Positions 1-12,863 of a DNA stretch of 64,000 bases are shown here, one piece after another. The number at the start of each line of letters is the position of its first letter. The first letter of the stretch is position 1. Both the position numbers and the translations under genes were made by a program. Under the pieces are notes generated by a model. That model was not told the DNA's origin. It did not search any database and saw nothing but the letters and a program-made list of their open reading frames with translations. Source of the DNA: Eledone cirrhosa (taxonomy: Eukaryota). Where the stretch lies: assembly GCA_964016885.1 (NCBI GenBank), contig OZ024751.1, positions 2,418,001-2,482,000 of the forward strand, read 5' to 3'.

Positions 1-964
1 CTTTCTCTGTTGAACTGTGATGCTGAACCTTCCCTGTTGAACTGTCATATTGAACCTTCCCTGTTGAACTGTCATGTTGAACCTTCTCTGTTGAACTGTC
101 ATATTGAACTTTCTATGTTGAACTGTCATGCTGAATCTTCCCTGTTGAACTGTCATGTTGAACCTTCTCTGTTTAACTGGCATGCTGAACCTTCTCTGTT
201 GAACTGTCATATTGAACTTTCTCTGTTGAACTGTCATGCTGAATCTTCTCTGTTGAACTGTCATGTTGAACCTTCACTGTTTAACTGTCATGCTGAACCT
301 TCTCTGTTGAACTGTCATATTGAACATTCTCTGTTGAACTGTCATGCTGAATCTTCCCTGTTGAACTGTCATATTGAACCTTCTCTGTTGAACTGTCATG
401 CTGAACCTTCCCTGTTGAACTGTCATATTGAACCTTCCCTGTTGAACTGTCATGCTGAACCTTCCCTGTTGAACTGTCATATTGAACCTTCTCTGTTGAA
501 CTGTCATGTTGGACAATCTCTGTTTAACTGTCATATTGAACCTTCTCTGTTTAACTATCATATTGAACTTTCTCTGTTGAACTGTCATATTGAACCTTCC
601 CTGTTGAACTTTCATGTTGAACCTTCTCTGTTTAACTGTCATATTGAACTTTCTCTTTTAAACAGTCATGCTGAACCTTCCTTGTTGAACTGTCCTGTTG
701 AACCTTCTCTGTTGGACTGTCATATTGAACCTTCTCTGTTGAACTGTCATGCTTAAACTTCCCTGTTGAACTGTCATGTTGAACTGTCATGCTGAACCTT
801 CCCTGTTGAACTGTCATATTGAACCTTCTCTGTTGAACTGTCATGTTGGACCTTCTCTGTTGAACTCTCATGCTGAACCTTCTCTGTTTAACTATCATAT
901 TGAACTTTTTCTGTTGAACTATGATGCTGAACCTTCCCTGTTGAACTGTCATATTGAACCTTCC

Positions 965-3900
965 CTGTTGAACTGTCATGTTGAACCTTCTCTGTTGAAC
1001 TGTCATATTGAACTTTCTCTGATGAACTGTCACGCTGAATCTTCCCTGTTGAACTGTCATGTTGAACCTTTTCTGTTTAACTGTCATGCTGAACCTTCTC
1101 TGTTGAACTGTCATATTGAACTTTCTCTGTTGAACTGTCATGCTGAATCTTCTCTGTTGAACTGTCATGTTGAACCTTCTCTGTTTAACTGTCATGCTGA
1201 ACCTTCTCTGTTGAACTGTCATATTGAACTTTCCCTGTTGAAATGTAATGCTGAATCTTCCCTGTTGAACTGTCATGCTGAACCTTCTCTGTTGAACTAT
1301 CATATTGAACTTTCTCCGTTGAACTGTCATGCTGAATCTTGCGTGTTGAACTGTCATGCTGAACCTTCCCTGTTTGACTGTCATATTGAACTTTCTATGT
1401 TGAATTGTCATGCTGAAACTACCCTGTTGAACTGTCATATTGAACCTTCTCTGTTGAACTGTCATGTTGGACCTTCTCTGTTTAACTGTCATATTGAACC
1501 TTCTCTGTTTAACTGTCATATTGAACCTTCTCTGTTGAACTGTCATGTTGAACCTTCCCTGTTGAACTGTCATGTTGAACCTTCTCTGTTTAACTGTCAT
1601 ATTGAACTTTCTCTGTTGAACTGTCATGCTGAACCTTCCTTGTTGAACTGTCATGTTGGACCTTCTCTGTTTAACTATCATATTGAACCTTCTCTGTTTA
1701 ACTATCATATTGAACTTTCTCTGTTGAAGTTTCATGCTGAAGCTTCCCTGTTGAACTGTCATGTTGAACCTTCTCTGTCTATCTGTCATATTGAACTTTC
1801 TCTGTTGAATTGTCATGCTGAACCTTCCTTGTTGAACTGTCATGTTGAACCTTCTCTGTTGAACTGTCATATTGAACCTTCTCTGTTGAACTGTCATATT
1901 GAACCTTCTCTGTTTAACTGTCATATTGAACTTTCTCTGTTGAATTGTCATGCTGAACCTTCCCTGTTGTACAGTCATATTGAACCTTCTCTGTTGAACT
2001 GTCATGCTGAACCTTCCTGTTGAACTGTCATATTGAACCTCCCCTATTTAACTGTCATATTGAACCTTCTCTGTTGAACTGTCATGCTGAACCTTCCCTG
2101 TTGAACTATCATATTGAACCTTCTCTGTTGAACTGTCATGTTGGACCTTCTCTGTTTAACTGTCATATTGAACCTTCTCTGTTGAACCGTCATGTTGAAC
2201 CTTACCTGTTGAACTGTCATGTTGAACCTTCTCTGTTTAACTGTCATATTGAACCTTCTCTGTTGAACTGTCATGCTGAACCTTCCTTGTTAAACTGTCA
2301 CGTTGGACCTTCTCTGTTTAACTATCATATTGAACCTACTCTGTTTAACTATCATATTGAACTCTCTCTGTTGAACTGTCATCCTGAACCTTCCCTGTTG
2401 AAATGTCGTATTGAACCTTCCCTGTTGAACTGTCATGTTGAACCTTCTCTGTTTAACTGTCATGCTGAACCTTCTCTGTTGAACTGTCATATTGAACTTT
2501 CTCTGTTGAAATGTCATGCTGAATCTTCCCTGTTGAGCTGTCATGCTGAACCTTCCCTGTTTAACTGTCATATTGAACTTTCTCTGTTGAACTGTCATGT
2601 TGGACCTTCTCTGTTTAACTGTCATATTGAACCTTCTCTGTTTAACTGTCATATTGAACCTTCTCTGTTGAACTGTCATATTGAACCTTCTCTGTTGAAC
2701 TGTCATGCTGAACCTTCCTTGTTGAACTGTCATGTTGAACCTTCTCTGTTGAACTGTCATATTGAACCTTCTCTGTTGAACTGTCATATTGAACCTTCTC
2801 TGTTTAACTGTCATATTGAACTTTCTCTGTTGAATTGTCATGCTGAAGATTCCCTGTTGAACTGTCATATTGAACCTTCTCTGTTTACCTGTCATATTGA
2901 ACCTTCTCTGTTGAACTGTCATATTGAACCTTCCCTGTTGAACTGTCATGTTGAACCTTCTCTGTTTAACTGTCATATTGAACTTTCTATTTTAAACAGT
3001 CATGCTGAACCTTCCTTGTTGAACTGTCATGTTGAACCTTCTCTGTTGAACTGTCATACTGAACCTCCTCTGTTGAACTGTCATGCTTAAACATCCCTGT
3101 TGAACTGTCATGTTGCACCTTCTCTGTTGAACTGTCATGCTGAACCTTCCCTGTTGAACTGTCATATTGAACTTTCTCTGTTGAACTGTCATGTTGGACC
3201 TTCTCTGTTGAACTGTCATGCTGAACCTTCTCTGTTTAACTATCATATTGAACTTTCACTGTTGAACTATGATGCTGAACCTTCCCTGTTGAACCGTCAT
3301 ATTGAACCTTCCCTGTTGAATTGTCATGTTGAACCTTCTCTGTTTAACTCTCATATTGAACTTTCTCTGTTGAACTGTCACACTGAATCTTCCCTGTTGA
3401 ACTGTCATGTGGAACCTTCTCTGTTTAACTGTCATGCTGAACCTTCTCTGTTGAACTGTCATATTGAACTTTCTATGTTGAACTGTCATGCTGAATCTTC
3501 TCCGTTGAACTGTCATGTTGAACCTTCTCTGTTGAACTGTCATATTGACCTTTCTCTGTTGAACTGTCATGCTGAATCTTGCCTGTTGAACTGTCATGCT
3601 GAACCTTCCCTGTTTAACTGTCATATTGAACTTTCTATGTTGAATTGTCATGTTGAACCTTCCCTGTTGAACTGTCATATTGAACCTTCCCTGTTGAACT
3701 GTCATGTTGGACCTTCTCTGTTTAACTGTCATATTGAACCTTCTCTGTTTAACTGTCATATTGAACCTTCTCTGTTGAACTGTCATGTTGAACCTTCCCT
3801 GTTGAACTGTCATGTTGAACCTTCCTGTTTAACTGTCATATTGAACTTTCTCTGTTGAACTGTCATGCCAAACCTTCCTTGTTGAACTGTCATGTTGGAC

Positions 3901-6900
3901 CTTCTCTGTTTAACTATCATATTGAACCTTCTCTGTTTAACTATCATATTGAACTTTCCCTGTTGAACTGTCATGCTGAAGCTTCCCTGTTGAACTGTCA
4001 TGTTGAACCTTCTCTGTTGAACTTTCATATTGAACCTTCTCTTTTGAACTGTCGTATAGAACATTCCCTGTTGAACTGTCATGTTGAACCTTCTGTGTTT
4101 ATCTGTCATATTGAACTTTCTCTGTTAAATTGTCATTGTCATGCTGAACGTTCCTTGTTGAACTGTCATGTTGAACCTTCTCTGTTGAACTGTCATATTG
4201 AACCTTCTCTGTTGAACTGTCATATTGAACCTTCTCTGTTTAACTGTCAAATTGAACTTTCTCTGTTGAACTGTCATGCTGAACCTTCCCTGTTGTACAG
4301 TCATATTGAACCTGCTCTGTTGAACTGTCATGCTGAACCTTCCTGTTGAACTGTCATATTGAACATCCCCTATTTAACTGTCATATTGAACCTTCTCTGT
4401 TGAACTGTCATGCTGAACCTTCCCTGTTGAACTATCATATTGAACCTTCTCTGTTGAACTGTCATGTTGGACCTTCTCTGTTTAACTGTCATATTGAACC
4501 TTCTCTGTTGAACTGTCATGCTGAACCTTCCTTGTTGAACTGTCACGTTGGACCTTCTCTGTTTAACTATCATATTGAACCTACTCTGTTTAACCATCAT
4601 ATTGAACTCTCTCTGTTGAACTGTCATGCTGAACCTTCCCTGTTGAACTGTCATATTGAACTTTCTCTGTTGAAATGTCATGCTGAATCTTCCCTGTTGA
4701 ACTGTCATGCTGAACCTTCCCTGTGTAACTGTCATATTGAACATTCTCTATTGAACTGTCATGTTGGACCTTCTCTGTTTAACTGTCATATTGAACCTTC
4801 TCTGTTTAACTGTCATATTGAGCCTTCTCTGTTTAACTGTCATATTGAACCTTCTCTGTTGAACTGTCATGCTGAACCTTCCCTGTTTAACTGTCATATT
4901 GAACTTTCTCTGTTGAACTGTCATGCTGAACCATCCCTGTTGAACTGTCATATTGAACATTCTCTGTTGAACTGTCATGTTGGACCTTCTCTGTTTAACT
5001 ATCATATTGAACCTTCTCTGTTTAACTATCATATTGAACTTTCTCTGTTGAACTGACATGCTGAACCTTCCCTGTTGAACTGTCATGTTGAACCTTCTCT
5101 GTTGAACTTTCATATTGAACTTTCTCTGTTGAACTGTCGTATTGAACCTTCCCTGTTGAATTGTCATGTTGGACATTCCCTGTTTAACTCTCATATTGAA
5201 CCTTCCCTGTTGAACTGTCATATTGAACTTTTCCTGTTGAACTGTCATGCTGAAACTTCCCTGTTGAACTGTCATGTTGAACTTTCTCTGTTTAACTGTC
5301 ATGCTGAACCTTCTCTGTTGAAATGTCATACCGAACTTTCTCTGTTGAACTGTCATGCTGAATCTTCCCTGTTGAAATGTCATGCTGAACATTCCCTGTT
5401 GAACTGTCATATTGAACCTTCTCTGTTTACCTGTCATATTGAACCTTTTCTGTTGAACTGTCATATTGAACCTTCCCTGTTGAACTGTCATGTTGAACCT
5501 TCTCTGTTTAACTGTCATATTGAACTTTCTCTGTTGAACTGTCATGCTGAACCTTACTTGTTTAACTGTCATGTTGAACCTTCTCTGTTGAACAGTCATA
5601 TTGAAGATTCTCTGTTGAACTGTCACACTGAACCTTCTCTGTTGAACTGTCATATTGAACCTTCCTTGTTTAACTGTCATGTTGAACCTTCTCTGTTGAA
5701 CTGTCATGCTGAACCTTCTCTGTTTAACTATCATATTGAACTTTCGCTGTTGAAGTGTCACGCTGAAGCTTCCCTGTTGAACTGTCATGTTGAACCTTCT
5801 CTGTTTATCTGTCATATTGAACTTTCTCTGTTGAATTGTCATGCTGAACCTTCCTTGTTGAACTGTCATGTTGAACCTTCTCTGTTGAACTGTCATATTG
5901 AACCTTCTCTGTTGAACTGTCATATTGAACCTTCTCTGTTTAACTGTCATATTGAACTTTCTCTGTTGAATTGTCATGCTGAACCTTCCCTGTTGTACAG
6001 TCATATTGAACCTTCTCTGTTGAACTGTCATGCTGAACCTTCCTGTTGAACTGTCATATTGAACCTCCCCTATTTAACTGTCATATTGAACCTTCTCTGT
6101 TGAACTGTCATGCTGAACCTTCCCTGTTGAACTATCATATTGAACCTTACCTGTTGAACTGTCATGTTGAACCTTCTCTGTTTAACTGACATATTGAACC
6201 TTCTCTGTTGAACTGTCATGTTGAACCTTCTGTGTTTATCTGTCATATTGAACTTTCTCTGTTAAATTGTCATTGTCATGCTGAACGTTCCTTGTTGAAC
6301 TGTCATGTTGAACCTTCTCTGTTGAACTGTCATATTGAACCTTCTCTGTTGAACTGTCATATTGAACCTTCTCTGTTTAACTGTCAAATTGAACTTTCTC
6401 TGTTGAACTGTCATGCTGAACCTTCCCTGTTGTACAGTCATATTGAACCTGCTCTGTTGAACTGTCATGCTGAACCTTCCTGTTGAACTGTCATATTGAA
6501 CATCCCCTATTTAACTGTCATATTGAACCTTCTCTGTTGAACTGTCATGCTGAACCTTCCCTGTTGAACTATCATATTGAACCTTCTCTGTTGAACTGTC
6601 ATGTTGGACCTTCTCTGTTTAACTGTCATATTGAACCTTCTCTGTTGAACTGTCATGCTGAACCTTCCTTGTTGAACTGTCACGTTGGACCTTCTCTGTT
6701 TAACTATCATATTGAACCTACTCTGTTTAACCATCATATTGAACTCTCTCTGTTGAACTGTCATGCTGAACCTTCCCTGTTGAACTGTCATATTGAACTT
6801 TCTCTGTTGAAATGTCATGCTGAATCTTCCCTGTTGAACTGTCATGCTGAACCTTCCCTGTTTAACTGTCATATTGAACATTCTCTATTGAACTGTCATG

Positions 6901-9900
6901 TTGGACCTTCTCTGTTGAACTGTCATGTTGAACCTTCTCTGTTGAACTGTCATATTGAACTTTCTCTGATGAACTGTCACGCTGAATCTTCCCTGTTGAA
7001 CTGTCATGTTGAACCTTTTCTGTTTAACTGTCATGCTGAACCTTCTCTGTTGAACTGTCATATTGAACTTTCTCTGTTGAACTGTCATGCTGAATCTTCT
7101 CTGTTGAACTGTCATGTTGAACCTTCTCTGTTTAACTGTCATGCTGAACCTTCTCTGTTGAACTGTCATATTGAACTTTCCCTGTTGAAATGTAATGCTG
7201 AATCTTCCCTGTTGAACTGTCATGCTGAACCTTCTCTGTTGAACTATCATATTGAACTTTCTCCGTTGAACTGTCATGCTGAATCTTGCGTGTTGAACTG
7301 TCATGCTGAACCTTCCCTGTTTGACTGTCATATTGAACTTTCTATGTTGAATTGTCATGCTGAAACTACCCTGTTGAACTGTCATATTGAACCTTCTCTG
7401 TTGAACTGTCATGTTGGACCTTCTCTGTTTAACTGTCATATTGAACCTTCTCTGTTTAACTGTCATATTGAACCTTCTCTGTTGAACTGTCATGTTGAAC
7501 CTTCCCTGTTGAACTGTCATGTTGAACCTTCTCTGTTTAACTGTCATATTGAACTTTCTCTGTTGAACTGTCATGCTGAACCTTCCTTGTTGAACTGTCA
7601 TGTTGGACCTTCTCTGTTTAACTATCATATTGAACCTTCTCTGTTTAACTATCATATTGAACTTTCTCTGTTGAAGTTTCATGCTGAAGCTTCCCTGTTG
7701 AACTGTCATGTTGAACCTTCTCTGTCTATCTGTCATATTGAACTTTCTCTGTTGAATTGTCATGCTGAACCTTCCTTGTTGAACTGTCATGTTGAACCTT
7801 CTCTGTTGAACTGTCATATTGAACCTTCTCTGTTGAACTGTCATATTGAACCTTCTCTGTTTAACTGTCATATTGAACTTTCTCTGTTGAATTGTCATGC
7901 TGAACCTTCCCTGTTGTACAGTCATATTGAACCTTCTCTGTTGAACTGTCATGCTGAACCTTCCTGTTGAACTGTCATATTGAACCTCCCCTATTTAACT
8001 GTCATATTGAACCTTCTCTGTTGAACTGTCATGCTGAACCTTCCCTGTTGAACTATCATATTGAACCTTCTCTGTTGAACTGTCATGTTGGACCTTCTCT
8101 GTTTAACTGTCATATTGAACCTTCTCTGTTGAACCGTCATGTTGAACCTTACCTGTTGAACTGTCATGTTGAACCTTCTCTGTTTAACTGTCATATTGAA
8201 CCTTCTCTGTTGAACTGTCATGCTGAACCTTCCTTGTTAAACTGTCACGTTGGACCTTCTCTGTTTAACTATCATATTGAACCTACTCTGTTTAACTATC
8301 ATATTGAACTCTCTCTGTTGAACTGTCATCCTGAACCTTCCCTGTTGAAATGTCGTATTGAACCTTCCCTGTTGAACTGTCATGTTGAACCTTCTCTGTT
8401 TAACTGTCATGCTGAACCTTCTCTGTTGAACTGTCATATTGAACTTTCTCTGTTGAAATGTCATGCTGAATCTTCCCTGTTGAGCTGTCATGCTGAACCT
8501 TCCCTGTTTAACTGTCATATTGAACTTTCTCTGTTGAACTGTCATGTTGGACCTTCTCTGTTTAACTGTCATATTGAACCTTCTCTGTTTAACTGTCATA
8601 TTGAACCTTCTCTGTTGAACTGTCATATTGAACCTTCTCTGTTGAACTGTCATGCTGAACCTTCCTTGTTGAACTGTCATGTTGAACCTTCTCTGTTGAA
8701 CTGTCATATTGAACCTTCTCTGTTGAACTGTCATATTGAACCTTCTCTGTTTAACTGTCATATTGAACTTTCTCTGTTGAATTGTCATGCTGAAGATTCC
8801 CTGTTGAACTGTCATATTGAACCTTCTCTGTTTACCTGTCATATTGAACCTTCTCTGTTGAACTGTCATATTGAACCTTCCCTGTTGAACTGTCATGTTG
8901 AACCTTCTCTGTTTAACTGTCATATTGAACTTTCTATTTTAAACAGTCATGCTGAACCTTCCTTGTTGAACTGTCATGTTGAACCTTCTCTGTTGAACTG
9001 TCATACTGAACCTCCTCTGTTGAACTGTCATGCTTAAACATCCCTGTTGAACTGTCATGTTGCACCTTCTCTGTTGAACTGTCATGCTGAACCTTCCCTG
9101 TTGAACTGTCATATTGAACTTTCTCTGTTGAACTGTCATGTTGGACCTTCTCTGTTGAACTGTCATGCTGAACCTTCTCTGTTTAACTATCATATTGAAC
9201 TTTCACTGTTGAACTATGATGCTGAACCTTCCCTGTTGAACCGTCATATTGAACCTTCCCTGTTGAATTGTCATGTTGAACCTTCTCTGTTTAACTCTCA
9301 TATTGAACTTTCTCTGTTGAACTGTCACACTGAATCTTCCCTGTTGAACTGTCATGTGGAACCTTCTCTGTTTAACTGTCATGCTGAACCTTCTCTGTTG
9401 AACTGTCATATTGAACTTTCTATGTTGAACTGTCATGCTGAATCTTCTCCGTTGAACTGTCATGTTGAACCTTCTCTGTTGAACTGTCATATTGACCTTT
9501 CTCTGTTGAACTGTCATGCTGAATCTTGCCTGTTGAACTGTCATGCTGAACCTTCCCTGTTTAACTGTCATATTGAACTTTCTATGTTGAATTGTCATGT
9601 TGAACCTTCCCTGTTGAACTGTCATATTGAACCTTCCCTGTTGAACTGTCATGTTGGACCTTCTCTGTTTAACTGTCATATTGAACCTTCTCTGTTTAAC
9701 TGTCATATTGAACCTTCTCTGTTGAACTGTCATGTTGAACCTTCCCTGTTGAACTGTCATGTTGAACCTTCCTGTTTAACTGTCATATTGAACTTTCTCT
9801 GTTGAACTGTCATGCCAAACCTTCCTTGTTGAACTGTCATGTTGGACCTTCTCTGTTTAACTATCATATTGAACCTTCTCTGTTTAACTATCATATTGAA

Positions 9901-12863
9901 CTTTCCCTGTTGAACTGTCATGCTGAAGCTTCCCTGTTGAACTGTCATGTTGAACCTTCTCTGTTGAACTTTCATATTGAACCTTCTCTTTTGAACTGTC
10001 GTATAGAACATTCCCTGTTGAACTGTCATGTTGAACCTTCTGTGTTTATCTGTCATATTGAACTTTCTCTGTTAAATTGTCATTGTCATGCTGAACGTTC
10101 CTTGTTGAACTGTCATGTTGAACCTTCTCTGTTGAACTGTCATATTGAACCTTCTCTGTTGAACTGTCATATTGAACCTTCTCTGTTTAACTGTCAAATT
10201 GAACTTTCTCTGTTGAACTGTCATGCTGAACCTTCCCTGTTGTACAGTCATATTGAACCTGCTCTGTTGAACTGTCATGCTGAACCTTCCTGTTGAACTG
10301 TCATATTGAACATCCCCTATTTAACTGTCATATTGAACCTTCTCTGTTGAACTGTCATGCTGAACCTTCCCTGTTGAACTATCATATTGAACCTTCTCTG
10401 TTGAACTGTCATGTTGGACCTTCTCTGTTTAACTGTCATATTGAACCTTCTCTGTTGAACTGTCATGCTGAACCTTCCTTGTTGAACTGTCACGTTGGAC
10501 CTTCTCTGTTTAACTATCATATTGAACCTACTCTGTTTAACCATCATATTGAACTCTCTCTGTTGAACTGTCATGCTGAACCTTCCCTGTTGAACTGTCA
10601 TATTGAACTTTCTCTGTTGAAATGTCATGCTGAATCTTCCCTGTTGAACTGTCATGCTGAACCTTCCCTGTGTAACTGTCATATTGAACATTCTCTATTG
10701 AACTGTCATGTTGGACCTTCTCTGTTTAACTGTCATATTGAACCTTCTCTGTTTAACTGTCATATTGAGCCTTCTCTGTTTAACTGTCATATTGAACCTT
10801 CTCTGTTGAACTGTCATGCTGAACCTTCCCTGTTTAACTGTCATATTGAACTTTCTCTGTTGAACTGTCATGCTGAACCATCCCTGTTGAACTGTCATAT
10901 TGAACATTCTCTGTTGAACTGTCATGTTGGACCTTCTCTGTTTAACTATCATATTGAACCTTCTCTGTTTAACTATCATATTGAACTTTCTCTGTTGAAC
11001 TGACATGCTGAACCTTCCCTGTTGAACTGTCATGTTGAACCTTCTCTGTTGAACTTTCATATTGAACTTTCTCTGTTGAACTGTCGTATTGAACCTTCCC
11101 TGTTGAATTGTCATGTTGGACATTCCCTGTTTAACTCTCATATTGAACCTTCCCTGTTGAACTGTCATATTGAACTTTTCCTGTTGAACTGTCATGCTGA
11201 AACTTCCCTGTTGAACTGTCATGTTGAACTTTCTCTGTTTAACTGTCATGCTGAACCTTCTCTGTTGAAATGTCATACCGAACTTTCTCTGTTGAACTGT
11301 CATGCTGAATCTTCCCTGTTGAAATGTCATGCTGAACATTCCCTGTTGAACTGTCATATTGAACCTTCTCTGTTTACCTGTCATATTGAACCTTTTCTGT
11401 TGAACTGTCATATTGAACCTTCCCTGTTGAACTGTCATGTTGAACCTTCTCTGTTTAACTGTCATATTGAACTTTCTCTGTTGAACTGTCATGCTGAACC
11501 TTACTTGTTTAACTGTCATGTTGAACCTTCTCTGTTGAACAGTCATATTGAAGATTCTCTGTTGAACTGTCACACTGAACCTTCTCTGTTGAACTGTCAT
11601 ATTGAACCTTCCTTGTTTAACTGTCATGTTGAACCTTCTCTGTTGAACTGTCATGCTGAACCTTCTCTGTTTAACTATCATATTGAACTTTCGCTGTTGA
11701 AGTGTCACGCTGAAGCTTCCCTGTTGAACTGTCATGTTGAACCTTCTCTGTTTATCTGTCATATTGAACTTTCTCTGTTGAATTGTCATGCTGAACCTTC
11801 CTTGTTGAACTGTCATGTTGAACCTTCTCTGTTGAACTGTCATATTGAACCTTCTCTGTTGAACTGTCATATTGAACCTTCTCTGTTTAACTGTCATATT
11901 GAACTTTCTCTGTTGAATTGTCATGCTGAACCTTCCCTGTTGTACAGTCATATTGAACCTTCTCTGTTGAACTGTCATGCTGAACCTTCCTGTTGAACTG
12001 TCATATTGAACCTCCCCTATTTAACTGTCATATTGAACCTTCTCTGTTGAACTGTCATGCTGAACCTTCCCTGTTGAACTATCATATTGAACCTTACCTG
12101 TTGAACTGTCATGTTGAACCTTCTCTGTTTAACTGACATATTGAACCTTCTCTGTTGAACTGTCATGTTGAACCTTCTGTGTTTATCTGTCATATTGAAC
12201 TTTCTCTGTTAAATTGTCATTGTCATGCTGAACGTTCCTTGTTGAACTGTCATGTTGAACCTTCTCTGTTGAACTGTCATATTGAACCTTCTCTGTTGAA
12301 CTGTCATATTGAACCTTCTCTGTTTAACTGTCAAATTGAACTTTCTCTGTTGAACTGTCATGCTGAACCTTCCCTGTTGTACAGTCATATTGAACCTGCT
12401 CTGTTGAACTGTCATGCTGAACCTTCCTGTTGAACTGTCATATTGAACATCCCCTATTTAACTGTCATATTGAACCTTCTCTGTTGAACTGTCATGCTGA
12501 ACCTTCCCTGTTGAACTATCATATTGAACCTTCTCTGTTGAACTGTCATGTTGGACCTTCTCTGTTTAACTGTCATATTGAACCTTCTCTGTTGAACTGT
12601 CATGCTGAACCTTCCTTGTTGAACTGTCACGTTGGACCTTCTCTGTTTAACTATCATATTGAACCTACTCTGTTTAACCATCATATTGAACTCTCTCTGT
12701 TGAACTGTCATGCTGAACCTTCCCTGTTGAACTGTCATATTGAACTTTCTCTGTTGAAATGTCATGCTGAATCTTCCCTGTTGAACTGTCATGCTGAACC
12801 TTCCCTGTTTAACTGTCATATTGAACATTCTCTATTGAACTGTCATGTTGGACCTTCTCTGTT
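965..12863 (+). repeat. Tandem block duplication, 2 x 5,947 bp (220 monomers +7 bp net indels)
   Basis: ORF pairs share offset 5947 (2020/7967, 3100/9047, 3855/9802, 4346/10293, 5075/11022, 6208/12155). The rare variant GATGAAC occurs at 1021 and 6968. Two +6 and five -1 indels account for 5947=220x27+7. Confidence 0.95.
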
